Positions 19,825-30,328 of a DNA stretch of 64,000 bases are shown here, one piece after another. The DNA lies in NCBI GenBank assembly GCA_039931395.1, contig JBDTRZ010000004.1, positions 587 through 64,586 on the forward strand. The letters run 5' to 3'. The translations under genes and the position numbers were made by a program. The notes under the pieces were generated by a model. The model did no database searches. It was not told the DNA's origin and saw only the letters and a list, made by a program, of their open reading frames with translations. This DNA is from Gemmatimonadales bacterium (GTDB lineage Bacteria > Gemmatimonadota > Gemmatimonadetes > Gemmatimonadales > Gemmatimonadaceae). Positions within the stretch are counted from its first letter, which is position 1, and each line of letters opens with the position of its first letter.

Positions 19825-20829
19825 ATGAGCCGGCAGGTGCGGCGGATTTCCGTCGCAGAGTGGGAGCGATGGTGCGCCGACGCTTCAAATCTGCCGATCG
19901 CCTGCGATCCATACTGGGCACAGTCTCTACGGGTCCTTCCGAGTTACAAGGGGGAGGCGATCCCCTTTCTGGTAGACGATGAGTCGGATGAAGCGATCGT
20001 CGTGATGTATCCGCGAAATCAGCAGCCGCTGGATAGCGCAACGCTGTCGCCGCTGGGACTCCCGGCCGCGTTTCACACGAAGTCATCGGGTTTTCGCAAC
20101 CTCGCTCTCCTCGGAATATTCCTCCGGGAGCAGGCGCTTCGCTGGCGCTCCATCGGATTCACCCGCGGACCGTATTGGGGGGCCAACGCGCCTGGACTGG
20201 CGAGCGCCGACCTCACGCATGACGAAAGCACTCACGTCCTCGAGCTGGCTGGTGATTACAACACGTTGTTCAGCAATGATTTCAAGGGTGCCACGAGAAC
20301 ATGCATTCGACGCGCGGAGAGCGAAGGAGTCGTAGTCGAACGCGCGACCGATCCCGACATGGTGCGCCGGTATTACCGGATTCACTCGAAGCTCGCTGAG
20401 GAAAAGGGTGGATACGCGGAGCTTTACCCCGAATCGCTGTTCGTCAGTCTTGCGGAGCGATGCCAGCGGTTCGAGCTCCTCGTAGCACGAAAGGGTGACG
20501 ACGTCATCGGCGGAGCGGCATTTCTCGACGATGGACCGACGACGTTCTACTGGCATGCCGCTGCCGATCGCACGTTTTCGAGAATGCAGCCGGCGTATGC
20601 AATCCTCGACTCGGCGATCAAGTTAGCGCTTGAAAGACGCAAGGCCGGCGTAAATCTGGGCGCTTCCGCGGGAATTGACTCGCTCATTTTGTTCAAGGAG
20701 AGCTGGGGCGCGCGTCCGGTCGCCATACGCTCCGAGGTCCACCGAAATCCGCTCATCAGAGGATTGCGGTCGATCGGTTCGCGGGTTCGCGCGATCCGGG
20801 GTTCGGTTTTCACGCAGCTCGGCGGATAG
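19825..20829 (+). CDS. GNAT/FemAB-like acyltransferase
   Basis: TRTCIRRAESEGV, YWHAA, NLGAS..SLILFKESWGA typical of FemAB-like GNAT proteins. Confidence 0.75.
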   Translation: MSRQVRRISVAEWERWCADASNLPIACDPYWAQSLRVLPSYKGEAIPFLVDDESDEAIVVMYPRNQQPLDSATLSPLGLPAAFHTKSSGFRNLALLGIFLREQALRWRSIGFTRGPYWGANAPGLASADLTHDESTHVLELAGDYNTLFSNDFKGATRTCIRRAESEGVVVERATDPDMVRRYYRIHSKLAEEKGGYAELYPESLFVSLAERCQRFELLVARKGDDVIGGAAFLDDGPTTFYWHAAADRTFSRMQPAYAILDSAIKLALERRKAGVNLGASAGIDSLILFKESWGARPVAIRSEVHRNPLIRGLRSIGSRVRAIRGSVFTQLGG

Positions 20830-21720
20830 ATGATGAAGCTGCGCAGACTCGCAAAATCCGCCGCTGCGTTCCTGCCCCCCGGCGCTGAGCGCAGGATCAA
20901 ATCGGTGCTCGCCGCACGCCGGGACTCGGGCGTCATCGATGCACTTTCGCAGATGGGTCCGACGGGCGCGCTGGAAAATGCTGCCTGCGAGATCTGCGGT
21001 GGCACTATCACCGCTCCGCATCTGACGAAGCACGGATTCAGGATCGTGCGCTGCGTCAACGACGGGTTGCTCTTCGTCTCGCCACGCCCCGCGGATCTCT
21101 CGCCCTACTACAACTCGCGCTATTACACCGGCGGAGTGCCGGGTGTCTATAGAAGCTACGACGAGCATGCAACCGACATGAGGCTCAAGTGGGAGTCACG
21201 CCTCGCCGAGCTTTCGAAGGCGTCCGGCGGCAACGGACGACTCCTCGATGTCGGCGCGGCGAGCGGTCAATTCCTCGCGCTCGCAATCGCCAATGGCTGG
21301 GACGGGATGGGCATAGACTTGAGCGAATGGGCTGCGGAAAAAGCCCGGCGGGTTCACCACGTGAATGTCGTTGCGGGAACGCTTCCCGACTCCCGCGTTC
21401 CCGAGTCCTCATTCGACGCTGCAACGATGTGGGACTGCATCGAGCATCTGGCAGAGCCGCGCAAAGTTCTCGAAGCGGTGAGGCGCACACTGAGGCCAGA
21501 TGGCATTCTCGCCTTGACGACTGGCGCACTCGCGCATTGCGACCCGCGCGCCGTCTCCGGCTGGTACTACCCTCCGTGGCACCTGTTCTACTTCGCGAGA
21601 GAGACGGTGACCGCCTTGCTGAATGTCGCTGGATTCGAGGTCACCGCCTACTCCGTGGATGACAAGAGATCTCCGTTTGCGGTCATGACCGTGATCGCGC
21701 GCGCCACTCCCGGCTCTTAG
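20830..21720 (+). CDS. Class I SAM methyltransferase
   Basis: CEIC, LLDVGAASG, MWDCIEH, PPWHLFYF. Confidence 0.85.
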   Translation: MMKLRRLAKSAAAFLPPGAERRIKSVLAARRDSGVIDALSQMGPTGALENAACEICGGTITAPHLTKHGFRIVRCVNDGLLFVSPRPADLSPYYNSRYYTGGVPGVYRSYDEHATDMRLKWESRLAELSKASGGNGRLLDVGAASGQFLALAIANGWDGMGIDLSEWAAEKARRVHHVNVVAGTLPDSRVPESSFDAATMWDCIEHLAEPRKVLEAVRRTLRPDGILALTTGALAHCDPRAVSGWYYPPWHLFYFARETVTALLNVAGFEVTAYSVDDKRSPFAVMTVIARATPGS

Positions 21721-21721
21721 C

Positions 21722-22609
21722 ATGGGCATCGTGGCGACCCTTCGCTTCGTGATGCGGCACCCTCTCAACCGCGGGAGAAAGCTGGGTGCCGCCTGGCGCT
21801 TTCTCGAATGGCAGCTCGGCAGTCGACTGGTTCCGGGACCGGTGATCGTCGGTTTTGTGGGAACATCGCGATTGATAGTGACCCGAGGAAGCACGGGCGC
21901 CACGGGCAACCTGTACACAGGCCTCGGCGAGTTCGAGGAAATGGGATTCCTCGGACACTTCCTGCGACCTGGCGATCTGTTTGTCGACATCGGCGCCAAC
22001 ATCGGCGCCTACACGATCCTGGCCGCGGGATGGATTGGTGCGGACGTGATCGCGGTCGAGCCGGGACCGGAGGCTTTTGAACGGCTGTGCGAAAATGTGA
22101 GACTCAATGGCGTTGCCAACCGCGTGCAAACACGCCGCGTCGCAATCGGAGAGCATGAAGGCGCGGCGATGCTGACGCAGAATCTCGACACGATGAACCA
22201 CCTCATTCCGGCCGGGGATTCGGAATCGGGAATGAGCGTCGATGTCGTCACTCTCGACGGTTTGCTCCGCGACTCGAGCCCTGTCGCCCTCAAGGTTGAC
22301 GTCGAGGGATTCGAAACGGCGGTCTTCTCACGAGGAGAAGCGGTCCTCGCCGCGCCACAGCTTCAGGCGATGGTCGTGGAGATGAACGGCTCGGGGAAAC
22401 GATTCGGTTATGACGAGACGTCACTTCACCGGACTATCCTGTCGCACGGCTTCAGGCATGTGCGCTACGATCCGGTCACGCGTAGAATCGACGCTGGTGA
22501 TGTTCAAGGTGCGGGCGACAACCGCATATACATCCGGGATTCAGCCGAGCTGAGGTCGAGGCTGACTAGCGCGCCTGCAATTCCCCTCCCGTTCGGCCGA
22601 GCACTGTAG
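21722..22609 (+). CDS. FkbM family methyltransferase
   Basis: GATGNLYTGL, FVDIGANIGAYT, LKVDVEGFE. Confidence 0.9.
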   Translation: MGIVATLRFVMRHPLNRGRKLGAAWRFLEWQLGSRLVPGPVIVGFVGTSRLIVTRGSTGATGNLYTGLGEFEEMGFLGHFLRPGDLFVDIGANIGAYTILAAGWIGADVIAVEPGPEAFERLCENVRLNGVANRVQTRRVAIGEHEGAAMLTQNLDTMNHLIPAGDSESGMSVDVVTLDGLLRDSSPVALKVDVEGFETAVFSRGEAVLAAPQLQAMVVEMNGSGKRFGYDETSLHRTILSHGFRHVRYDPVTRRIDAGDVQGAGDNRIYIRDSAELRSRLTSAPAIPLPFGRAL

Positions 22610-22613
22610 CGCA

Positions 22614-23228
22614 TTGTTTGAGTCATCACCCGCATCCGTGCTGAATCGATTCTACAGATTGCCCGCGTCTCTTGCGAAGAGGTCGTGGCAGACATCGCGC
22701 TTCAACCTGTTGATGTTCGTGGGGGCACCCTCGTCCGCGTCTGCGCCAACAAGGATCCGCTTCACGGGGCAGAATTCGCTTGCGCAGCCGGGAGATGCGG
22801 CGCACGCGACGTTGCCTGATCTATATCAGGGATTCGCCGCGCGAGGTGACGCTGGAGTGGTCGCGAGCCTCGACGGGAGAATCGTTGGCTGGGCATGGGC
22901 GCGCGAAGGTCCCTTCGTCGAGCCTGCGGGTTGCGGGCGCATCGCGTTCGGTGGCGGTCAAACCGTAGTGCAATTCTTCGAAGTCATCGAGGAACACCGC
23001 GGCCTGGGATATGGGCAGCTGATTCTGGACGAGCTGACGCGACGGCTGATCGCATCGAGTGCCTCCAGGCCTGTCGTGGCCATTGTCGGCGTTGCAAACG
23101 AGGCCTCGCGACGGTGCTTCGTGAGATCCGGATATCGCGAGGTCTCCCGTGTGAGCGCCCGGCGGGTTCTGGGCATGCGGCCCGTGAGCCGCGTACCCGC
23201 GATGGTTCCATCGAGCGCGGACAATTGA
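22614..23228 (+). CDS. GNAT family N-acetyltransferase
   Basis: EEHRGLGYG acetyl-CoA motif, N.AS...F...GY. Confidence 0.7.
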   Translation: MFESSPASVLNRFYRLPASLAKRSWQTSRFNLLMFVGAPSSASAPTRIRFTGQNSLAQPGDAAHATLPDLYQGFAARGDAGVVASLDGRIVGWAWAREGPFVEPAGCGRIAFGGGQTVVQFFEVIEEHRGLGYGQLILDELTRRLIASSASRPVVAIVGVANEASRRCFVRSGYREVSRVSARRVLGMRPVSRVPAMVPSSADN

Positions 23229-24442
23229 CCGGCGCGCCCGAAGCGACTCTCTCGCGGCACGTTCCGGCTCTGGACGGAGTGCGGGGCCTGGCGATTCTGA
23301 CGGTTTTTCTTTTCCATGTCGCCGCCTACGCGTGGACCGGCCCGACGACCGGACTCGACCGTGTGATGCATCGCGTGATGGAAGCCGGCTGGATCGGCGT
23401 CGATCTGTTCTTCGTACTGTCAGGCTATCTCATCACCGGCATCCTCGTCTCGAGTCGCGGGACGCCTCGCTACTTCCGGAATTTTTACATCCGCCGCGCG
23501 CTTCGAATCTTTCCACTTTTCTATTTGAGTCTCCTGCTGTTTGCGCTCGCGGCGCAGTGGTACCCTCAATTCCGGCCGGCCAGTTTGGAAGCGGCTCTCG
23601 CAAACTGGACCTACACGTCGAACATCTACATGGCGGTGCACGGCTGGGACGTCGAGCCAACCGTCATGCAGCCGTTCTGGTCGCTCGCGGTGGAGGAGCA
23701 ATTCTATTTCGTCTGGCCGCTTGTCGTTTATGCAGCCCGCGGAAGCAGGCTGATGACGGTCAGCATTGCCGGGATCCTGCTGTCGATTTTTGTGAGAGCT
23801 TTCCTTCTGGCCAGCGGACATGATCTTGCGGCGTACATGCTTCTGCCGGCGCGCATGGATTCCCTCCTGGCAGGATCGCTGGTGGGACTCATCCTGGGCT
23901 GGGGTGCGCCGTCTCGCCCGAGCTGGATGCGCCGCCGCCCGGGTTTGAAAATTGTTGCAGCAGCCGCAAGCATCGCGATGATCGTCGTCCTGCGGATGTT
24001 TCTGTGGGATTCGGTGGCAGTCCAGGCGCTGAAATCCACGCTCATCGCTCTCGGCTTCGCGGTGCTGCTCGCGGCGTCTCTCCTGTCGACTCGGTCGGGA
24101 GCTCTCTCGGGTTTCTTCACGGCAGCGCCACTCCGATTCCTCGGACGCTACAGCTACTCCATCTACATCTTTCACGCGGCTGTGATAACCACGCTCGCGA
24201 GACAGGTCAGCGTTCGCGATCTCCCCGTCATTTTCGGATCGCGCATTCCGGCAGCCATTTTTTTCACGATTGTGTCGGTGGGAGTGACAATCCTCATTGC
24301 GCTTGCGACATGGCACCTCGTGGAGAAGCATTTTCTCCGCATGAAGGATCGTTTCGCGAAAGGCCGCGGCGGCGAAGCCGTTCCGGATCAGTCCTTTCCG
24401 AATCCTCCAAGCGTCGAAGTGCGCGCGGTCATGGGCGAGTGA
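23225..24442 (+). CDS. Acyltransferase family 3 (OafA-like O-acyltransferase)
   Basis: LDGVRGLA, GVDLFFVLSGYLIT, FYIRRALRIFP, WSLAVEEQFY, SYSIYIFH. Confidence 0.9.
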   Translation: MTGAPEATLSRHVPALDGVRGLAILTVFLFHVAAYAWTGPTTGLDRVMHRVMEAGWIGVDLFFVLSGYLITGILVSSRGTPRYFRNFYIRRALRIFPLFYLSLLLFALAAQWYPQFRPASLEAALANWTYTSNIYMAVHGWDVEPTVMQPFWSLAVEEQFYFVWPLVVYAARGSRLMTVSIAGILLSIFVRAFLLASGHDLAAYMLLPARMDSLLAGSLVGLILGWGAPSRPSWMRRRPGLKIVAAAASIAMIVVLRMFLWDSVAVQALKSTLIALGFAVLLAASLLSTRSGALSGFFTAAPLRFLGRYSYSIYIFHAAVITTLARQVSVRDLPVIFGSRIPAAIFFTIVSVGVTILIALATWHLVEKHFLRMKDRFAKGRGGEAVPDQSFPNPPSVEVRAVMGE

Positions 24443-25962
24443 CAGGCGTAATCGATACTCCGACGAACGAGGTGGCCCAGGGCGCACCTCCTCTCAGCAC
24501 GCGACTCATCGCGGGGGGCGCGTGGCTTGCCTCCGCGCAGATCGTCAGGCGGCTCACGGGCGTTCTGGTTCTCGCCGTTCTCGCGAGGCTGCTCACACCG
24601 GCTGACTTTGGACTCGCGAGCCTGACCTTCATAGTCGTCGGATACGTTTCCCTGTTCAGCGAGCTGGGTGTCAGCAGCGCGCTCGTTCAGCGTCAGACGC
24701 TGACTGAGGATCACCTTCGCTCAGCCTTCTGGATTACAACCGGTGGTGGAATCCTTCTCGCGGCTCTTGCTGCGCTGTTGTCATCTCCGATCGCGAGGCT
24801 GCTCGGCAACGAGCGACTTGCTCCCTTGATCGCCGTGGCCATGCTCGTCGTTCCGATAGGGGGAATGGGACAGGTTGCAGATGCCCTCCTCCAGCGACGA
24901 CTGGCATTTCGGTCGATCGCTCTCATCGAGTGGGCGAGCACGATTCTCTCCGCGGTCGTCAGCGTCGTACTCGCCCTTTCGGGCGCCGGCGTCTGGGCTC
25001 TCGTTGCCCAGTCGATAACTGCCGCACTCGCGCTCGCTGTTGGACGAAACTTCGCCGCAGGATGGCGCCCGGGCCTTTCATTCTCCGCTCCTGCGGCGCG
25101 CGCCATCATGGGGTTCGGCGGAGCAGCGCTCGGCGTCACCGTAATCGGATATCTCACTCGCACTATCGACAACCTCGTAGTCGGCTCCCGTCTGGGAGCG
25201 GAGGCACTCGGTTATTACTCGATGGCGTACGGGCTCATACTTCTGCCGCTGGTGACCATCGGCGGCATCGTGATCCGAACTGCGTCTCCTGCACTGGCCT
25301 CGCTCCAGACAGATCGGCCGCGTTTGACAAAGGCCTACCTGCGAACTGTGCGCACATTGGCGAGCGCGACACTCCCGATGGCGCTCGGCATCGCTGCGGT
25401 CGCTCCCGAGCTGGTCGCCACCGTATACGGTCCACAGTGGCAGCCCGCCGTCAAGCTGCTTCGCATACTTGCGATAATTGGCAGCCTCGACGCGTTGAAC
25501 ACCTCAGGCCTGATTTTCTTCTCCATCGGCCGCCTGCTTCTGCTGCTGCGATACGCGTGCGTGTCGCTTGCGGTGATGTTCGCCGCATTCGTGATCGGCT
25601 CACGATGGGGTGTGGACGGCGTCGCATGGGCTTATGTCATTGCGAGCCCCGTGATCTTTCTCGGACCGCACGTGCTGGGTGACCGGCTCATATCGCTGCC
25701 ATTGAGAACACATCTTCGTGCGGTCGCCCCTGCCCTGACCAGCGCGCTTCTGATGGCTCTGGTCGTGACCGCATCCCGCTCGGTGGTCGAGAGGCTGGTG
25801 AACCACGTCCCCGCCAGACTTGCGGTGCTCGTGACAATTGGAGCCGTAGTCTACGCGGCTGCACTGTTCACCTGGAATGCCCTTTCTTCCGAGGACGAAT
25901 CGCCTTTGCCATTTCATTTCGCATCCATGCTCCGTCGCATCAGAACTGGGAGCGCAAGCTGA
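24439..25962 (+). CDS. wzx: Wzx flippase (PST family)
   Basis: LARLLTPADFG, DNLVVG, LGYYSMAY; about 12-14 TM helices. Confidence 0.85.
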   Translation: MTGVIDTPTNEVAQGAPPLSTRLIAGGAWLASAQIVRRLTGVLVLAVLARLLTPADFGLASLTFIVVGYVSLFSELGVSSALVQRQTLTEDHLRSAFWITTGGGILLAALAALLSSPIARLLGNERLAPLIAVAMLVVPIGGMGQVADALLQRRLAFRSIALIEWASTILSAVVSVVLALSGAGVWALVAQSITAALALAVGRNFAAGWRPGLSFSAPAARAIMGFGGAALGVTVIGYLTRTIDNLVVGSRLGAEALGYYSMAYGLILLPLVTIGGIVIRTASPALASLQTDRPRLTKAYLRTVRTLASATLPMALGIAAVAPELVATVYGPQWQPAVKLLRILAIIGSLDALNTSGLIFFSIGRLLLLLRYACVSLAVMFAAFVIGSRWGVDGVAWAYVIASPVIFLGPHVLGDRLISLPLRTHLRAVAPALTSALLMALVVTASRSVVERLVNHVPARLAVLVTIGAVVYAAALFTWNALSSEDESPLPFHFASMLRRIRTGSAS

Positions 25963-26000
25963 CCGGCAGGTCTCAATCAGGCAGCCGTCGTGAGGCGGTC

Positions 26001-26915
26001 GTGATCGAGCACGGTGGCCGGCTGGGTAACCAGCTGTGGAACGTTGTCGCGATCGCAGCATTCGCGGCCGAGAGGGGATATGCATTCCGCGACCTGAGCT
26101 CCACGTCGCTCGGCTCCTCCTTTCCCACGCTCTCGAGCGATCAGTCATCCCGCAAATCGCCCGTCGCTCGTGTGAATCGAATGGCGGCACTGCTCGAGGC
26201 GAAGCTTCATTCGCGCGCCGTCATTCAGCCGAACGACAGCGTGTTCTATCTGCCACCATCTGCGCAGCCCGCTGCCGAGGCTGCCGAAAGACTCACCGCT
26301 GCGGAGCAGTCGGCGAGCCGGCGGCTTTTTTTCAAAGGGTGGCCATTCAAAAACCCCGTCGGGATCCACAAGCACCGTCACACACTGCTCGCGATGCTCA
26401 CGCCTCACCCCGATCTGTCGGAGGCTGTCGGACAATTCCTGCAGTCCGTCCGCAATCGCTCCGCAATCGTCGTCGGATTGCACATCAGGCAGGGCGACTA
26501 CATAAACTGGATCGGGGGCCGGTTGGCGATCACAGCAGCCGAGGCAGCCAGGGCCGCGAACGAGTTCCTCGAATGGCGGAGGCTCAATGTCGCCGATGTT
26601 GGATTCGTTCTCTGCAGTGACGGGCCGCTCGACCTGGATGCGTTCGCCAACCTGCGGGTGGTTGGCGGACCTGGTGAAGCGACCGCCGACCTCCTCGCCC
26701 TGTCTGCTTGCGACTGGATCCTCGGCTCCAACAGCACGTTCGGAGGGTTCGCCTCCTATTACGGAGACAAGCCCTTCGCGATACTCGAGCGCGACGGGAT
26801 CGACTGGACCCGGTATGCCGACCGGACCGGCTACATCGAAGATCCTCGTTTCGTCATGAATCTTCTGCGCGGAATCGACGAAGGGTTCACCGCCGATGGA
26901 ACCTTTTTTGAATAG
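26001..26915 (+). CDS. GT11 alpha-1,2-fucosyltransferase-like glycosyltransferase
   Basis: GRLGNQL, HIRQGDY, DL..LS.CD..GSNSTF motifs. Confidence 0.75.
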   Translation: MIEHGGRLGNQLWNVVAIAAFAAERGYAFRDLSSTSLGSSFPTLSSDQSSRKSPVARVNRMAALLEAKLHSRAVIQPNDSVFYLPPSAQPAAEAAERLTAAEQSASRRLFFKGWPFKNPVGIHKHRHTLLAMLTPHPDLSEAVGQFLQSVRNRSAIVVGLHIRQGDYINWIGGRLAITAAEAARAANEFLEWRRLNVADVGFVLCSDGPLDLDAFANLRVVGGPGEATADLLALSACDWILGSNSTFGGFASYYGDKPFAILERDGIDWTRYADRTGYIEDPRFVMNLLRGIDEGFTADGTFFE

Positions 26916-28089
26916 AAGCGGCGGATCGGATACCGGCCGAGTGCTCTTTCTGCAATACGCCAACCCTGCAGCGTACCCGCCGGTCGTAAGCGCTTCACGT
27001 CTCCTCGCAAAAGCGGGCTGGCGAGTTCGCATTCTCGATCCGGGATCTCGCGACACCGAGAGCATCTCGTTCCCGCCTGAAGAAGGCGTCGATGTCGTTT
27101 CGCTCGCCTATGTTCCGCCCGGGTGGCGCCAGAAGGTGCACTATGTTCGTTACGGCATCAGTGCACTGAGAACCGCGGCGACATGGAAGCCTCAGTGGAT
27201 CTACGGGTCCGATTTCATCGTGACCCCAATTCTCCGTTGCCTTGGTCTCCTGACGGGAATCAGAATCATCTATCACGAGCACGACACGCCTTCGGCATCG
27301 CAGTCATCTTTTTTCCTGAACTTCTGCATGCGCGCACGACGCGCGGTGGCGCGCGGCGCCGCCGCTGTCGTTGTTCCCAACCGGGAGCGGGCTGCCGCCG
27401 TGGAGGCAGATCTGGGCATCACTCCACCGTTGCTTGTGTGGAATTGTCCGACGCGCGAGGAGGTGAGCGACGATCCGGCTCAATCACACGACGGTCTCCG
27501 CCTGCTGTACCACGGCTCGATCAATGATTCACGGGTACCGATGACGCTGATTCAGGCGCTCGCGCTCGCAGGCGATTCGGTCACCATGACAATCGTCGGT
27601 TATGAGACGATCCATTCCCGGGGTTATTCCGAGGCGCTCCGTCGCGAGGCCGAAAGGCTCGGAGTATCCGGCCGAGTGACGGTGTTGCCTTCTCGCAACA
27701 GAGAGTCTCTCGAATCACTGCGCCTCCAGCACGATGTCGGCATCGCGATTGTAACTTCGGCGCCGGCCGACTTGAATCTCGCACATCTCGCTGGAGCTTC
27801 CTGCAAGGTCTTTGAGTACATGTCGGCAGCGATGGTGCCTCTGGTGTCTGCGACGAATGACTGGAAGACCGACTTCATCGATCCCGGCCTCGCAATTGGA
27901 TGTGATCCAGGCAGCGCCGAAAGCATTGCTTCCGCGATTCAGTGGCTACGCGAGCATCCGTTGGAGCGACGAGAGATGGGCGCCCGAGCGCGCGAGCGGA
28001 TCGCCGATGAGTGGAACTACGAGACCCAGTTCGCCCCTGTCATGTCGCTGCTCGACCGCGTAATGGACGGAACGGAGAACGATGCCTAG
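26896..28089 (+). CDS. Glycosyltransferase (GT4-like)
   Basis: YPP, IYHEHD, LYHGSI, SCKVFEYM. Confidence 0.8.
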   Translation: MEPFLNRSGGSDTGRVLFLQYANPAAYPPVVSASRLLAKAGWRVRILDPGSRDTESISFPPEEGVDVVSLAYVPPGWRQKVHYVRYGISALRTAATWKPQWIYGSDFIVTPILRCLGLLTGIRIIYHEHDTPSASQSSFFLNFCMRARRAVARGAAAVVVPNRERAAAVEADLGITPPLLVWNCPTREEVSDDPAQSHDGLRLLYHGSINDSRVPMTLIQALALAGDSVTMTIVGYETIHSRGYSEALRREAERLGVSGRVTVLPSRNRESLESLRLQHDVGIAIVTSAPADLNLAHLAGASCKVFEYMSAAMVPLVSATNDWKTDFIDPGLAIGCDPGSAESIASAIQWLREHPLERREMGARARERIADEWNYETQFAPVMSLLDRVMDGTENDA

Positions 28090-29077
28090 AGTGCTGATCG
28101 CGGGCGAAGACATACCCGGCTCCGTTGGGATCTCGTTCGCCGATGCGTTTCGATCGCTGGGCTGGACAGTGGACTATTTTCCGCTCTCCGCCGCGGGCGC
28201 AACTCACAGTGGACTGCTGGCCCGGGCCCGGGCCCGGCTCGCATCGCGTATCGATGAAGCGACAGTGGACCGACGCCTGGCCGCCGAAGCGCAGCGCCTC
28301 AATCCCGATCTTTCTCTCGTGATCAAGGGACACCGTCTCAGTGCGGAGACCATATCGACCATGCGTCGTGCGAGCTCGAGGGGCGTTGCCAACTTCTACC
28401 CCGACGATCCGTTCAGCGCCGCCGCTGTCAACCGGGTCTCAATCGAAGCTCTCAGGGAATACTCTTCCTGTTTCATCTTTGCCGAACACCTGCTGCCGGC
28501 GTACAAGTCCGCGGGCGTGAAGCAGGCGCATTATCTGCCATTCGCCCGAGACCCCGGCCTCCACGCGCCGCCGCAGGATCCGAAACCGGAATTCGACGCG
28601 GTGTTCGTCGGCAACCTCGACCGCGACCGCGTCGCCTGGCTCGAGTCGATCGCCGACTACAAGCTGGCGGTGTTCGGACATCAGACGAAGTCTGCCATTC
28701 CTCCGCGCAGCCGGCTCAATGAAGCAAGGTTCTTTCGACCGGTCTTCGGACGTGACCTCGCCGAAGCGCTGGGTCGAGGCCGGGTGTCGCTCAACTTCAT
28801 GCGCCGACAGAACTCGGGCAGCCACAACATGAGGTCGTTCGAGTCTCCGGCGTGTGGGGCTTTCACTCTCAGCCAGCGAACCCCGGAGCTCACGCAGCTA
28901 TTCGCCGACGGAGTGGAGATCGACACCTTCGCGACGACGCAGGAGCTGAGAGACAGACTCGCGGGATCGCTTTCCGATCCGGGAAGACGAAGACGGATCG
29001 CCGACAATGGCTTTCGGCGTGTCGAGCATGATACCTATGCGCGGCGGGCTGAGACCATTCTATCCCACATGGTCTGA
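28082..29077 (+). CDS. CgeB/YkvP-family glycosyltransferase
   Basis: YPDDP, YLPFA.DP, HNMRSFESPACG, HDTYARR. Confidence 0.8.
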   Translation: MPRVLIAGEDIPGSVGISFADAFRSLGWTVDYFPLSAAGATHSGLLARARARLASRIDEATVDRRLAAEAQRLNPDLSLVIKGHRLSAETISTMRRASSRGVANFYPDDPFSAAAVNRVSIEALREYSSCFIFAEHLLPAYKSAGVKQAHYLPFARDPGLHAPPQDPKPEFDAVFVGNLDRDRVAWLESIADYKLAVFGHQTKSAIPPRSRLNEARFFRPVFGRDLAEALGRGRVSLNFMRRQNSGSHNMRSFESPACGAFTLSQRTPELTQLFADGVEIDTFATTQELRDRLAGSLSDPGRRRRIADNGFRRVEHDTYARRAETILSHMV

Positions 29078-30328
29078 GTGTCGATCACGACTGCGAGGCC
29101 GAGACTGGCAATTTTCGCGAGTCATCCGACCCAGTATCAGGCACCCGTCTTTCGCGCATTGGCGGAGCGACCGGACGTGGATCCCACCGTGCTCTTCGGA
29201 AGCGACCACGGTGCTCGCGAGAGTTACGATTCGGGCTTCGGGCAGACGGTCCGCTGGGACATTCCCCTCGTCGATGGTTATCGTCACGAATTCCTTCGCA
29301 ACACGGCGCGCCGTAAAGATGTGAACTCTTTCACCGGAATATCGGTCCCCGGGGTTCGCGAACGCATCACACGGGAGAGCTTCGACGCTGCGTTGATCAT
29401 GGGATGGCAGACACGCGGTCACGTGCAGGCGATCCTGGCCGCTCGCCACGCCCGGATTCCGACACTTCTCCTCGGCGATTCGACTCTCGAGATGCGGCCC
29501 GCAAAACAGTGGAAGGCGTGGCTCCGCGCAGTTGCATGGCTTCCTGCCAGGCAAATGATCTATTCGTCCTTCCTCGAGCGAATCGACGGCGTCCTCACAG
29601 TCGGAAGTCGGAATGAAGCCTATTTCCGCTCGTTCGGCGTTTCGAACGAGAGAATGTTCCGCGCAGGACATGCCGTCGAGAATGAGCGTTTCGGCCTGAA
29701 CCCAGCCGCAAAAGCGTTGGCACGGAGCGACATCAGAAGTGAGCTTGGGTTCGCCGCATCCGATTTCGTTTTCATATCGGTAGCGAAGCTCCAGGACAGG
29801 AAGAGGCCGTTCGATCTCCTCGACGCGTTTGGCGAAGCGGCCGCGGTACGCCCGGAAGCCGCGCTGGTTTACGTTGGCGACGGCCCCCTGCGCCAGGAGC
29901 TGGCAGCCGCTGTACGGCAACGTCACCTGGAAGACCGGGTCAGGATCGCTGGCTTCGTGAATCAGGCGGACCTGCCCCGCTGGTATGCGGCCGCCGACTG
30001 TATGGTGCTGCCCTCCGACTCGCGCGAAACATGGGGTCTCGCGGTGAATGAGGCATTAGCTTCGGGTATGCCTGTCATCGTCAGTGACGCAGTCGGATGT
30101 GCCCCGGATCTTGTGATTGACGGACAGAACGGCAAGGTGTTTACCTTCGGCGACGCCGCCGCTCTGTCCAGGGCGATGGTCTGGACCGCCGGCTTGAGCC
30201 CTGAGGCTCGGTCGCAGATGGCGCAAGTGGCTGTCGCGTCGGTCGCGGACTACGCGCCGTCACGAGTCGCTGAGAGGATCGCCGAATCCATCTGTAAGGT
30301 CATCGCGCAACAGCAGGCAGACCGATGA
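29078..30328 (+). CDS. Glycosyltransferase family 4
   Basis: SHPTQYQAP, WDIPL, KRPFDL, ETWGLAVNEA. Confidence 0.88.
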   Translation: MSITTARPRLAIFASHPTQYQAPVFRALAERPDVDPTVLFGSDHGARESYDSGFGQTVRWDIPLVDGYRHEFLRNTARRKDVNSFTGISVPGVRERITRESFDAALIMGWQTRGHVQAILAARHARIPTLLLGDSTLEMRPAKQWKAWLRAVAWLPARQMIYSSFLERIDGVLTVGSRNEAYFRSFGVSNERMFRAGHAVENERFGLNPAAKALARSDIRSELGFAASDFVFISVAKLQDRKRPFDLLDAFGEAAAVRPEAALVYVGDGPLRQELAAAVRQRHLEDRVRIAGFVNQADLPRWYAAADCMVLPSDSRETWGLAVNEALASGMPVIVSDAVGCAPDLVIDGQNGKVFTFGDAAALSRAMVWTAGLSPEARSQMAQVAVASVADYAPSRVAERIAESICKVIAQQQADR